A stretch of 64,000 nucleotides of DNA from a virus: the IMG/VR virus record IMGVR_UViG_3300017991_000064, positions 1 through 64,000 of that record. The stretch is one strand, 5' to 3'. The notes under the pieces were generated by a model that had not been told where the DNA came from, did no database searches, and saw nothing but the letters and a program-made list of their open reading frames with translations. Positions 27,237 to 36,942 of the stretch are shown one piece after another. How positions within the stretch are numbered: position 1 is the first letter of the stretch; every line of letters starts with the position of its first letter. The position numbers were made by a program, and so were the translations under genes.

Positions 27237-28193
27237 ATGTCCGGCATCCCAATCAAAATCAAAGGCTTCGATACAGAGTGGGTCCCAGCAAAGGGTACTG
27301 AAGTGTGGTTGATTGATTGTTCCTTCTACTTCTACCGTAGCTTCTATAAGATGCCTGAGCTACAATTCAATGGTATAGGTACCGGTCATATCTATGGACT
27401 CGGTCAACTACTCATGCATCTTTACAAGAGGTATCAAAAGAATGATAAGGTTGTTGGAATAATTCTCTTTGATACTAAAGCAACTAGACGACTAGAGCTA
27501 TTCCCCAAGTACAAGAAAGGTAAGAAGAGAGTACAACGAAAGAAGGATAGGCCTACTCCAAAGTTCTGGTTGAATCAGGAACTGTATGAACAGATGATCT
27601 CTGTCGTTCCAGGATGTTACTGGGCAAAGGAAGAGGGGTTAGAAGCAGATGACCTCATTGCCTATTTGATAAAATCACTTGTAGAATACCGCGAGGTCAA
27701 GAGAGTGAATATCATAACCAACGATTATGATATCATATACCTAGCTAATCTTGATCAACGGCTGAAGTTCTATGAAAAGATTGGTGGAGAGTTTGATCCC
27801 CAACATAGAGTATATAAGAAACACAAGTTGGATGACCTCAGTTTAATTCCCTGGTTCAAAATGCTGTATGGAGATGAGTCAGATAACATTCCGCAGTTAT
27901 TCGATAAAAGAACCACAAAGAAAATCATCGCTGTGTGGAAAGAAAAGGGTAGGATGAAGAAGTGCCACCCTGATTTACACAAAGAAGAAGTTCTAGCACA
28001 ACTCAAACTAAACAAACAACTCATTTCTCACATGGATCCTAATGAAAACTTCTGCTTACAATCTTCCAAGGTGGAACACCTTTCATTAGTCAGAGATTTG
28101 CAGAAGCTCGGATTATTAAAGTTTATGTCCTTTATATTACATAATCACCTCATTGAAGTATCCCCACAAGACATGAGGAGAAAGTTCAAATGA
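27237..28193 (+). CDS. 5'-3' exonuclease / flap endonuclease (PolI N-terminal, T4 RNase H-like)
   Basis: LIDCSFYFYRSFY, GLEADDLIA, TNDYD, GDESDNIP. Confidence 0.92.
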   Translation: MSGIPIKIKGFDTEWVPAKGTEVWLIDCSFYFYRSFYKMPELQFNGIGTGHIYGLGQLLMHLYKRYQKNDKVVGIILFDTKATRRLELFPKYKKGKKRVQRKKDRPTPKFWLNQELYEQMISVVPGCYWAKEEGLEADDLIAYLIKSLVEYREVKRVNIITNDYDIIYLANLDQRLKFYEKIGGEFDPQHRVYKKHKLDDLSLIPWFKMLYGDESDNIPQLFDKRTTKKIIAVWKEKGRMKKCHPDLHKEEVLAQLKLNKQLISHMDPNENFCLQSSKVEHLSLVRDLQKLGLLKFMSFILHNHLIEVSPQDMRRKFK

Positions 28194-28657
28194 CACAGAA
28201 ACCAATCTTGCAGAAAGTGAAGATTCCCAGAGAAAAATCAATGTTAGAGTACCTAACAACACACCAGGAGTCTTTGGTAACATTAGATGAATATGAGCTA
28301 TCCTTAGTTTCTCCAAGTGTTATCATACTCTGCGATCAACTTATTTATCTCAATATTGTGAAAGCAAATGCTAAGGAAGGATGGATTGAGATTATGAGTT
28401 TAGTAACTGATAGCAATGGAGAACCTAAACGAACCAGGGTCAACAGGATTGAGGGTACGGTAGTTATCTTCTACCTGTTTGAGGGTACGCTTATTACAAA
28501 GGATGCCCTGGAAATGATAAAGGATGAAAAAGGAAAGATAACATTAAAGGAGGACAATGATGTGCCCAGTAGTCGAAAAGGTAAACATGAAGCAGAGGAA
28601 CAAGGGATACCGGCCAAAGAAAGAGTACCCACAAGGGACGGACAAACAGTCCACTGA
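28190..28657 (+). CDS. Hypothetical protein
   Basis: 155 aa, ATGA overlap with upstream gene. Confidence 0.65.
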   Translation: MTQKPILQKVKIPREKSMLEYLTTHQESLVTLDEYELSLVSPSVIILCDQLIYLNIVKANAKEGWIEIMSLVTDSNGEPKRTRVNRIEGTVVIFYLFEGTLITKDALEMIKDEKGKITLKEDNDVPSSRKGKHEAEEQGIPAKERVPTRDGQTVH

Positions 28658-28862
28658 ACAACAGAGGCCGTTTCATTTCTCTGTGTTCATTCTCCTGCAG
28701 AATGGTAAGTATCTTACTACCATGAAAACCAGAGAGGCAGCTGAAGCTTACATTGCTGAGGAGTATCCTAACTACGAGTACAATGAGAAACTCAAGTTGT
28801 GGGTTAACCAGAAGAGCAAGCGGTATAAGATTAATATCATAGAGGAGAAGTTTGATGGCTGA
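28557..28862 (+). CDS. Hypothetical protein
   Basis: 101 aa; start uncertain. Confidence 0.55.
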   Translation: MMCPVVEKVNMKQRNKGYRPKKEYPQGTDKQSTEQQRPFHFSVFILLQNGKYLTTMKTREAAEAYIAEEYPNYEYNEKLKLWVNQKSKRYKINIIEEKFDG

Positions 28863-29334
28863 TGATACCAAAACAGGAAAGTACCGTGGGAGAAAGAAGG
28901 ATGTGGCCAAGTTGGCTAAATACTCGGTAGATGACTACGAGTTCAAGTTTCGTGGTGAGATCATTGATTTCAACATCTTCATCAACATGGATATCACTGA
29001 CATACACAATAAAGAATTGATCATTCAGCAAATGAATTACTACGGATCAATGGTTAAGATGCTCCTTCCTATTTACAACCAGAAGATTGCCAGAGTTGAG
29101 GTAAAGAAAGGTAAATGGTGGGCTGAGGCGTATCATAAGGTACGTTTAAGGATGGAGAAGAAAGGGATTGATGTTACAGAGAAGATGTTATCTAATGCTT
29201 TAATTGCAGATGTAGACTATCAAACCCTTCTGGAGAAGCTACATAAACTCAAGTATAAATACAATTTGCTGGAAGCATTGAATAACATTGTGTTCATGAG
29301 AGAGAAGCTTCTCAACATGCACTACAGGGTTTAA
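28855..29334 (+). CDS. Helical protein, possible UvsY-like recombination mediator
   Basis: Size, helical pattern and position directly upstream of RecA; inference only. Confidence 0.4.
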   Translation: MADDTKTGKYRGRKKDVAKLAKYSVDDYEFKFRGEIIDFNIFINMDITDIHNKELIIQQMNYYGSMVKMLLPIYNQKIARVEVKKGKWWAEAYHKVRLRMEKKGIDVTEKMLSNALIADVDYQTLLEKLHKLKYKYNLLEALNNIVFMREKLLNMHYRV

Positions 29335-29346
29335 GGAGTTACATTA

Positions 29347-30309
29347 ATGAAATCGATTAAATCGTCCTTTGAGAAGTACCAAGAGAGTCCCAGGCTTCAT
29401 TCCTCATCACTCTACATGACTGCCAAACTTAATAGCGGACCACCTAAGGGCCGAGTAATAGAGATATTCGGGCAGGAAGCATCTGGAAAAACTTATGTAG
29501 CACTGGACCTGGGTGTTCAGGGTCTACGAGAGTATAAGAAAGCAATACTTCGCTTTTATGATTGTGAGTTTGCTTTTACTCATGATTTCATCAAACCCCA
29601 TATCAACAAACCCTATATGGATCGATTCTTTCTTCATCAGAATAATGTAGCTGAACAAGTGCTCCCTGAGATTGAGAAAAATATGAAGAAGGATATAGAG
29701 AAGGGTTTCATTCCCATCGTTATTGTTGACAGCATAGCAGCACTAGCTACCGATGCAGAGATGGGTATGGAGGAATATGAAAGGAAAGCAAACTTTGATT
29801 TCCAAAAGTTCATGGGGTTGTTCCTAAAGAAGAATATCGGTACGAATATCAGACACGGTTGGTTAATTCTTATTAACCAGGTTCGTACCGAGATTTCCAT
29901 GAATAAGTTCGTCAAAGAACACCCGGATGGAATTGTTACCCCAGGTGGTAAAGCAATTAGATTCTATGCTTCACTTAGACTCTACCTGAAAGCAATGAGT
30001 AAATCAAAAATGAAAAAAGAATTTGGCAAGAAGGTAGATTCATATCATGGTATCAGAGTTAAGATTGAGAAGACCAAGTTCGGAAGGAAAACTACCTTCT
30101 ACATGAAAGTGAATGAGGACCTTCTTCTAGATGCTCATCATGGACTGGATGAACTATTGACAGAGGCTGGGGTTATCATCTCTAGACAGAAGGGTCTTTA
30201 CTCTCTACGAAATAAACCGGATAAGAAGTATCGTTGGAATCAACTGTGTCAGATGCTTTTAACTGATAAGAACAAACCAAAGGTTCTAAAAGCTCTAGGT
30301 CTTCAATGA
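29347..30309 (+). CDS. recA: RecA/UvsX-like recombinase
   Basis: PKGRVIEIFGQEASGKT, IVDSIAAL, LINQVR, TPGGKAIRFYASLRL. Confidence 0.93.
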   Translation: MKSIKSSFEKYQESPRLHSSSLYMTAKLNSGPPKGRVIEIFGQEASGKTYVALDLGVQGLREYKKAILRFYDCEFAFTHDFIKPHINKPYMDRFFLHQNNVAEQVLPEIEKNMKKDIEKGFIPIVIVDSIAALATDAEMGMEEYERKANFDFQKFMGLFLKKNIGTNIRHGWLILINQVRTEISMNKFVKEHPDGIVTPGGKAIRFYASLRLYLKAMSKSKMKKEFGKKVDSYHGIRVKIEKTKFGRKTTFYMKVNEDLLLDAHHGLDELLTEAGVIISRQKGLYSLRNKPDKKYRWNQLCQMLLTDKNKPKVLKALGLQ

Positions 30310-30359
30310 TCTAGACTTATTTGTGTTACTTTCATTACTACATTAAACAGGAGGATTGA

Positions 30360-31373
30360 ATGTCAAAGAGCAAGAAGAAGAAGGGAAAGAAGAAGGGAAA
30401 CTCCGCTTATGAAAGAGCAATGGGAGCTTACCAGAAACTCAGAGAGCAGGGTAAGGGAAGATATAAAGAGGTACTGAAGAGTCTTCCTGTTGGGTCTACT
30501 TATCTGAAGATCGGAGACTGGAATGAAGCATCCTGCGGTTTCTACGAGTACCTTCCTTTCCATCAAGTAAAACAAGGTTCCAAAGAGTTTCCTCAGCTCT
30601 GTCAGAGTTTTTTCGAAGAAGAATGTGTTCAGTGTGAAGAGGGTAATACTAATACCAGAACAAAGTATGCTGTGATTGCCCTAGTGAAAAACAAGAAGCT
30701 GGGTTTGAATTTCGATAAACCTAGGCTTGTCCTCCTGACTCAGAAAGCTATGGTTCAGCTTAACACTCTTTTCTTCGGTGGAGATGAGGAAGATGATGAC
30801 GATGATCTTGACAAGCTCTACGACTTTGATGAGTACATCAATACTGAACGCAAGAGCAAGATCATTAAGATCACTAGAGTTGGAGAGAAGAAAAACGATA
30901 CTACCTATACGGTAAAACCGATTGACGACAAGATGCAGACCTTTGACAAGGAAGCCATCGAACTCCTCCAGGAATGGATCAATAACAGTGATGAAAAGCT
31001 CGAAGCTCTGTATAGAGTAACTGATGACGATACAGAGGATGATGACGATGAAGATGAGGGAAAGAAGAAAAAGTCGAAGAAGAAACCAAAGAAGGGAAAG
31101 AAGAAAGTAAAAGATGAAGAGGACGACGACGATGAGGACCTCGATGATCTTGTTGATGATGAGGGTGATGATGACGACGACCCGGATGAAGAAGAAGATC
31201 TAGACGAGGATGATGATGACGACGAGGATGAAGAGGAGGAAAAGCCTAAAAGCAAGAGGAAGAAGTCAAAGAAATCCAAGGACAAGAAGAAGTCAAAAAA
31301 GAAGAAACGCAACAAGGTAGATGAGGATGACGACGATGATGAAGACGATGATGACATCGATTTGGAGGATTAA
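30360..31373 (+). CDS. Single-stranded DNA-binding protein (gp32-like) with long acidic/basic tail
   Basis: H...C...CVQC Zn site, IKITRVGEKKNDTTYTV, position after RecA, acidic C-terminus. Confidence 0.75.
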   Translation: MSKSKKKKGKKKGNSAYERAMGAYQKLREQGKGRYKEVLKSLPVGSTYLKIGDWNEASCGFYEYLPFHQVKQGSKEFPQLCQSFFEEECVQCEEGNTNTRTKYAVIALVKNKKLGLNFDKPRLVLLTQKAMVQLNTLFFGGDEEDDDDDLDKLYDFDEYINTERKSKIIKITRVGEKKNDTTYTVKPIDDKMQTFDKEAIELLQEWINNSDEKLEALYRVTDDDTEDDDDEDEGKKKKSKKKPKKGKKKVKDEEDDDDEDLDDLVDDEGDDDDDPDEEEDLDEDDDDDEDEEEEKPKSKRKKSKKSKDKKKSKKKKRNKVDEDDDDDEDDDDIDLED

Positions 31374-31375
31374 GC

Positions 31376-32107
31376 ATGAGGTTGTTTGATAATACTAATG
31401 AACTCATTAGCGAAATCCTTCGAGACTTCCATGAGATTGCAACAACCAACGACCAGGTAATAACTAAAAGTTTCCAGAACCAGGTGGGGTCTTTTGAAAC
31501 CAAGGAACTCTTCAACTACTTCTACTCCTTGTTAAGTTTTGAGGATATCAAAGAAATCTTTCTCTTTGATGCTAGAAACCTAGCATACTGTGAGCAGGAG
31601 TTCAAAGACAGGTTATGTGAATGCCTCAACCCGGGAGAGTCATACAAACTTCGTCCAGATGTCTGGAAACCATTCCTTAATGCTGATGGTCTCAATGGCA
31701 GATTCGATTATACCTACTCTGAAAGAATCGGTGGTACCAGAGTGGGTCATATCATCAGAACATTGAGCAATGATTCTGGAAGTAGACAAGCATTCCTTCC
31801 CATCTTCTGGCAAACAGATATGATCTTTACTGGTGGTGCTCAAAGGATCCCATGTTCTCTGGGTTATCAGTTTAACATCAGGCAAGGTAAACTCCATCTC
31901 ACGTACCTGCAGAGAAGTTGTGACTTTGTGACCCACTGGGCGAATGATGTTTACATGGCCTGGAAGATGTTAGAGTTCGTAGCTGAACAACTCCAGGTTC
32001 CCGTGGGTTACTTCCATCACATGATCATATCTTTCCATATCTACAAAACGGACGTGGAAAGATTCCAAGAAGCATACTACACACTCATTGGTCAACAACA
32101 GAGCTGA
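31376..32107 (+). CDS. Thymidylate-synthase-fold enzyme, predicted dCMP (hydroxy)methylase
   Basis: SRQA, RIPCS catalytic Cys, QRSCDFVTHWAND with Asp at the base-specificity position, SFHIY. Confidence 0.75.
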   Translation: MRLFDNTNELISEILRDFHEIATTNDQVITKSFQNQVGSFETKELFNYFYSLLSFEDIKEIFLFDARNLAYCEQEFKDRLCECLNPGESYKLRPDVWKPFLNADGLNGRFDYTYSERIGGTRVGHIIRTLSNDSGSRQAFLPIFWQTDMIFTGGAQRIPCSLGYQFNIRQGKLHLTYLQRSCDFVTHWANDVYMAWKMLEFVAEQLQVPVGYFHHMIISFHIYKTDVERFQEAYYTLIGQQQS

Positions 32108-32156
32108 TACAATATGAGTAAAACTAAAGACAACACAAGGGGAGGCAAATAATAAG

Positions 32157-32531
32157 ATGGGAAAGAGCAAAAAGATCAATACCAGATCCACTCCCAGTAC
32201 TTATGTAGTAAGTGCTAAGCTCATGCCAATTGATGGCCAGTATGCTAAAACTAAGCTAACAGGCATGGAGTTTATGGATCGAATCAAAGAGTTACTCGAC
32301 AATGATATAGAGGTCGAGTTCTTTATAGGACATGAGAACACACTTCAGTTCCTATCAGAACAGTTAGGAATAGATGATGAGGTCATACAAAAGAAAGGCC
32401 GAAAGGTACGACTAAGGAGTGGAGATACAATGTTTGTCATCACTCTGAATAAGCACCACGAGTCTAAGGATGATCCCATTGAGAAGTATGATTACTCAGT
32501 GATCACATTCACAGCACCAAAGAACAAATAA
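32157..32531 (+). CDS. AcrIII-1-like ring nuclease (DUF1874 / STIV B116 / YddF family)
   Basis: FFIGHENTLQFLSEQLGI with the catalytic GH motif, DGQYAKTKLT, R..LRSGD..FVITL; 124 aa. Confidence 0.75.
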   Translation: MGKSKKINTRSTPSTYVVSAKLMPIDGQYAKTKLTGMEFMDRIKELLDNDIEVEFFIGHENTLQFLSEQLGIDDEVIQKKGRKVRLRSGDTMFVITLNKHHESKDDPIEKYDYSVITFTAPKNK

Positions 32532-32622
32532 CCCAAGCATTCGGCATCCTGGGGGATGATTCAACTTGGCTCTAGCGGGATCATCTCTCATGGGTGTTGT
32601 TTGCCTAATAAGGAGGTGTATT

Positions 32623-33321
32623 ATTGATTACAGAGATATGACCAAGGTGGTTGATAAGGAACTTAGAGATGGACTCAAACTAACCTTTGACTTTCTTTTT
32701 CAACGATCGGTAGCAATGCTAGAGGACTACAAACAAATTGAGAAGTGGCCAAGGACCTTGGAGAAGATGTCAATATCATCCAACCATAAACAAAAGATTG
32801 TGAAAGAATGCATCTATCGAGTCTTCGAAGAATTATGTGAAGCTACCGCAGAAGAAGAAAACAGTGGTAAATTTACTGAAGAGCTAGCTGATGCCTCATT
32901 GTTCTTCATGGAGATGTTAGTTATTCTTGGTTTTAATACCACTGAGAGTCTGGTAGAGTTAGTCGCTAAGCGATCTGAATTTTACCTGCATGAATCTGAT
33001 CCTGACGATGAAGAGATAACTCCAGAGAATTTTGTAGAGTCTATGCGTTACTACTATCATATGGCAGTAGACCCAACCTGTGAGTTTTCTTCTAGTGCTT
33101 TTGAAATGCTAAGTCTCCTCGGTAGGTTTGGAAATGCATTGAAGAACAGACCCTGGAGACAAACAAAAGTACTAACGGATGAAAGCAAAGCATTGACTCT
33201 ATTAGCAGATTCTATTCTAACCTTCTTTGGTTTCATAAGGTTGTTCGGGGGAGTAGATATTCTGAAGTTCATCTACATGAAACAGAAGGTTAACGAGTTC
33301 AGAATCAGATCAAACTATTAA
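32623..33321 (+). CDS. All-alpha dNTP pyrophosphatase (dCTPase/dUTPase, MazG fold)
   Basis: EELCEA...EELADASLFF, LKNRPWRQT, KQKVNEFRIRSNY; start uncertain (ATT 32623 or ATG 32638). Confidence 0.75.
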   Translation: MDYRDMTKVVDKELRDGLKLTFDFLFQRSVAMLEDYKQIEKWPRTLEKMSISSNHKQKIVKECIYRVFEELCEATAEEENSGKFTEELADASLFFMEMLVILGFNTTESLVELVAKRSEFYLHESDPDDEEITPENFVESMRYYYHMAVDPTCEFSSSAFEMLSLLGRFGNALKNRPWRQTKVLTDESKALTLLADSILTFFGFIRLFGGVDILKFIYMKQKVNEFRIRSNY

Positions 33322-33331
33322 ATTAAACTGT

Positions 33332-33419
33332 GCAGAGATGGTGGAACTGGAATACGCAGCAGACTTAGGATCTGCCTCCCACATTGGGAATGGGGGTTCG
33401 ACTCCCCCTCTCTGCACCA
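33332..33419 (+). tRNA. tRNA-Leu (UAG)
   Basis: GCAGAGA/TCTCTGC acceptor, GCAGA-CTTAGGA-TCTGC anticodon arm, long variable arm, encoded CCA. Confidence 0.95.
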
Positions 33420-33442
33420 TTTATTAGAAGGAGATTAAAGTT

Positions 33443-34150
33443 ATGTTTCTTATTTGGAGCGGACCAAGTGGATCAGGAAAAACACACAAGATCCAACAGA
33501 TTGAGGGGTGCAGAGTTGAAAAGTTTGATACCAGAGGTTGCTTAAAAACTAGATTCAACATCATATCTCTTTCTCAGTATCAGAAGATGATCATTTCAGA
33601 TACAGAAAATTTTCTGAAGATCCAGGAAGAAATCATGGAAGAAAGGTATCGAATTTTCAAACGATACATGGGGGAAACATACGAACATGAGCGAAACCGT
33701 GTTGTATTCGATCGTGGCCTGTTTGATAATCTGGTATACCTCCACGACTACAACATTCGTATCCAATCCAAGCTCAGTCTGATTGAACATACCAACAGTA
33801 GACTTCAAATCCTTCACATAATGAACAATCTACTTGCTAGAGCTTATAACCTCATCATCAAGCTTAATTCAGTATCTTATCACTTCATTTGCAAACCACA
33901 TCCTGACAATTTCAAAGACGGAGATTCCTTCAGAGATATTTCTTTTGAGGACTCTCTAAGACTCTTTAATCTGTACATCTATATGGCAGACACACATGGT
34001 ATTTCATATCAGATTCTGGAACGTGGTAATGAGGACCTTGAGATCCTACCTGAACCAACTAATGAGTTCATGAAGATTCATGATGCACTACGTGACGAGA
34101 TAGATATGAGAAAAGATATAGAAAGAAAAAGAAGGTTTAACATCGAATAA
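33443..34150 (+). CDS. P-loop nucleotide kinase (dNMP kinase-like)
   Basis: GPSGSGKT, VFDRGLFDNLVY, DGDSFR. Confidence 0.75.
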   Translation: MFLIWSGPSGSGKTHKIQQIEGCRVEKFDTRGCLKTRFNIISLSQYQKMIISDTENFLKIQEEIMEERYRIFKRYMGETYEHERNRVVFDRGLFDNLVYLHDYNIRIQSKLSLIEHTNSRLQILHIMNNLLARAYNLIIKLNSVSYHFICKPHPDNFKDGDSFRDISFEDSLRLFNLYIYMADTHGISYQILERGNEDLEILPEPTNEFMKIHDALRDEIDMRKDIERKRRFNIE

Positions 34151-34152
34151 AC

Positions 34153-36933
34153 ATGATTAAATACAAATTCAAAAAATCCATCTGCAAGCAGTGCTTAATG
34201 TATCCTGCTAACTTCAATCCTATTCGTGGTATAGGAAATCCTAAAGCAGACATCATGTTCATTGCTGAAACTCCCTCGAACGATGCGAAAGCTGTGAATG
34301 AAATCTTTTCGGGTCGTTCTTCACAATTCTTATTTGAGATCCTCTCAGAACTCTTCTCTATCCCTGTGGAGGATATCAAATCAAAACATTCTCCCTTCTA
34401 CTTCACAAACATCGTCAAATGTTATATTCCCAACAAATATGATGTTGAGGACAAAAAACTAAAAGACATTGCTGTCTCTTGTAGCGATTACGCTAAACAA
34501 GAGATAGAAGAAGTTGATCCTAAGATAGTTGTTCTACTAGGAAGAGCTGCTCTTAATGGTATCCTAGGTGGGGCTACAAAGGTAGAATCAAAAAGGGGTA
34601 GGATTCATACACAAGAGATCAACGAGAAAGAGTATAAGTTTGTACCTGTTTTTCACCAAAGCTACGTATTCAGAAACCCAAATGTACTTCAGATGTTTAT
34701 CAAAGATCTCGAGTTAATGAAGAGGTATGTAGATGGTGATCTGGAAAAAGAGGAATTAGATTACACCATGGTAGATAATAAGAAATCGTTTAACAAGATG
34801 ATAACCTTTCTTGAAAGAAAACAACCAGATCAATCATCCTGGGATGTAGAAACTAGTTCATTTGATTTTGCATCTGGGAAAGCTGTAATGCTCTTGGGTA
34901 TGTCATTCTACAATAGCGAACTGGATGAAGAGTATAATTTCATGCTTGACATAAAACGTTTTAAGTTTCGAAAAGGGTTAACAGCAGATAGAATCATACC
35001 AGTACTGTTAGATAGCATGGGTGGATACTGTAAGTATCTAATAGGTCAAAATTTTAAGTATGATATGAAACACCTCTTCAATTATGGTTTCCCCAAACGT
35101 GGACTCAAAAGCAAAATTTTAGATACTATGATAATGTCATATGTCCTGAATGAAGAAAGATTCGGAAGGTATGGTAAGCATTCATTAGAGAACCTATTGG
35201 GTTTCTACTTTCCAGAGGCGTTAGAATACAAGGTTTCCAAAGGTGAGGAAGCTAAAGAAGATCGAAAGAAACGAAATAAAGAACTCAGCAAGGAAGAGAA
35301 GAAACAAAAACAAAAGGAATCTAAGGTTGATGTGGATAAGGGAAACCCCTTTGATGACCCTGATTACTGTATGAACGATGCTATCTACACTGGACGGATA
35401 GCTAGGATCTTCCTTAAGGAGTTCGAAGAAAAGAAGAACAAGAAGCTACGAAGATTATACTTCAAACTATACGAACCGGCGTTGAAATTAATGACTCGGG
35501 TAGAGTATCGTGGAGCGAAGATAAATGTAAACTATCTCTTAGAATTAGATGAAAAGATGAGTGCAGAAAGAGATGACTACGAAAAGAAACTCCGAGGTTA
35601 CCTTTATCGTATTTTTGATGATAAGAAGTATGCTAAAGGAATTAACTTCAATTCGTCTCCACAGAAAAAGGTCCTCTGCTTTGAGAAGCTGAAGCTACCA
35701 ATAGTTCATTATACGAAGAGTAAGAAAAAAGGTGGAGGAAAGAAAAAGAAAAGTCCTAGTACAGGAAAGGATGCATTTGAAAAATGGGGTATCCTTCTGA
35801 ACAAGGGAGAGCTATTTCAGTGTTGTGATAGAAAGTATACGAAGGACCAAAGGAAGTATACAGCAAAGTTCATCAAGCTCTATAACAAATATAGTAGAGT
35901 TAAACATCTCCACAAGAACTTCGTCATTGGCATTCAGGTTCTTCTCGACAAGAATAATAGAATACATGGAACCTTCAAGCTCGTTGGAACAGTAACTGGG
36001 AGATTGAGTTCTGCTAGGCCAAATCTACAGAATATTCCCAGGACCACAACCAATAGCGAAATAAAGAAGTTATTCATTCCCAGTCATAAAAAATGGTACA
36101 TTGTTGAGGTGGACTACTCTCAAGCTGAATTAAGGGTCCTTGCCCACTTCTCTCAATCCAAAACTTTGATCGAAGCTTTCACACAGGGATTCGACATCCA
36201 TCTATTCGTAGCTTCAGAGATGTATGGTGTTCCATTTAAGGAAGCTGAAAAGATCTACTATAATAAAGACCTGGAAGGAACTGATTTACATATCAAATGG
36301 AAGAAGTGGAGAAAGAGAGCTAAAACGATAGTTTTCGGTATTGTCTATGGAGTTGGTCCAGATACACTAGCTGAGAACCTATCTGATCCTGATGTTGGAG
36401 AAATTGTTTCCAGAGAGGAAGCTATTGAGTTCATTGAGATGTTCTACAGAAAATTCCCTGAGATCAGAGATTACATTGAGCGTTGTATTAAATTTGTACG
36501 ACGACATAAGTACATCGATAATGTTCTTGGGAGACGAAGACACCTACCAAACATTAATAGTGAAGCTAAGAACCTAGCTGCCGAATCTGAAAGAAAAGCT
36601 GTTAATTCTCCGATACAGGCTACCGCCAGTGACTTTGCTTTGTTCTCAGCGGTCCTGATCGATAAGTATATTCATCGGTATAAACTAAGAGCCCATGAGT
36701 TTACTACCGTCCATGACTCTATCCTGTATGATGTACACCTTGATGACATCCTTAAGCTACATAAGATTGTAGATCATGTAATGCCTAATCCGCCACTTAA
36801 GAAATACTTTAAGTCAGAATTTACAGTTCCGCTAGACTATGGTATTGAGGTGGGCCCAGTCTGGGGAGAGATGTACGGTGATCTGAAGAAGTTTGTAGCT
36901 AAGGAAAAACAGAAATATAAAGAGATAGCATAG
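34153..36933 (+). CDS. polA: Family A DNA polymerase with N-terminal family-4 UDG-like domain and 3'-5' exonuclease
   Basis: FTNIVKC and LLGRAA (UDG); DVET and QNFKYD (exo); TVTGRLSS, DYSQAELR, RAKTIVFGIVYG, NSPIQ, TVHDS. Confidence 0.95.
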   Translation: MIKYKFKKSICKQCLMYPANFNPIRGIGNPKADIMFIAETPSNDAKAVNEIFSGRSSQFLFEILSELFSIPVEDIKSKHSPFYFTNIVKCYIPNKYDVEDKKLKDIAVSCSDYAKQEIEEVDPKIVVLLGRAALNGILGGATKVESKRGRIHTQEINEKEYKFVPVFHQSYVFRNPNVLQMFIKDLELMKRYVDGDLEKEELDYTMVDNKKSFNKMITFLERKQPDQSSWDVETSSFDFASGKAVMLLGMSFYNSELDEEYNFMLDIKRFKFRKGLTADRIIPVLLDSMGGYCKYLIGQNFKYDMKHLFNYGFPKRGLKSKILDTMIMSYVLNEERFGRYGKHSLENLLGFYFPEALEYKVSKGEEAKEDRKKRNKELSKEEKKQKQKESKVDVDKGNPFDDPDYCMNDAIYTGRIARIFLKEFEEKKNKKLRRLYFKLYEPALKLMTRVEYRGAKINVNYLLELDEKMSAERDDYEKKLRGYLYRIFDDKKYAKGINFNSSPQKKVLCFEKLKLPIVHYTKSKKKGGGKKKKSPSTGKDAFEKWGILLNKGELFQCCDRKYTKDQRKYTAKFIKLYNKYSRVKHLHKNFVIGIQVLLDKNNRIHGTFKLVGTVTGRLSSARPNLQNIPRTTTNSEIKKLFIPSHKKWYIVEVDYSQAELRVLAHFSQSKTLIEAFTQGFDIHLFVASEMYGVPFKEAEKIYYNKDLEGTDLHIKWKKWRKRAKTIVFGIVYGVGPDTLAENLSDPDVGEIVSREEAIEFIEMFYRKFPEIRDYIERCIKFVRRHKYIDNVLGRRRHLPNINSEAKNLAAESERKAVNSPIQATASDFALFSAVLIDKYIHRYKLRAHEFTTVHDSILYDVHLDDILKLHKIVDHVMPNPPLKKYFKSEFTVPLDYGIEVGPVWGEMYGDLKKFVAKEKQKYKEIA

Positions 36934-36942
36934 GAGGAACTC

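Noticed and set aside
31376-32107. Annotation as ordinary thyA
   Set aside because: Asp rather than Asn at the specificity position, and ThyX is already present
35230-35345. Intein or intron in the DNA polymerase
   Set aside because: Short Lys/Glu-rich in-frame insert without splice-junction or homing-endonuclease motifs
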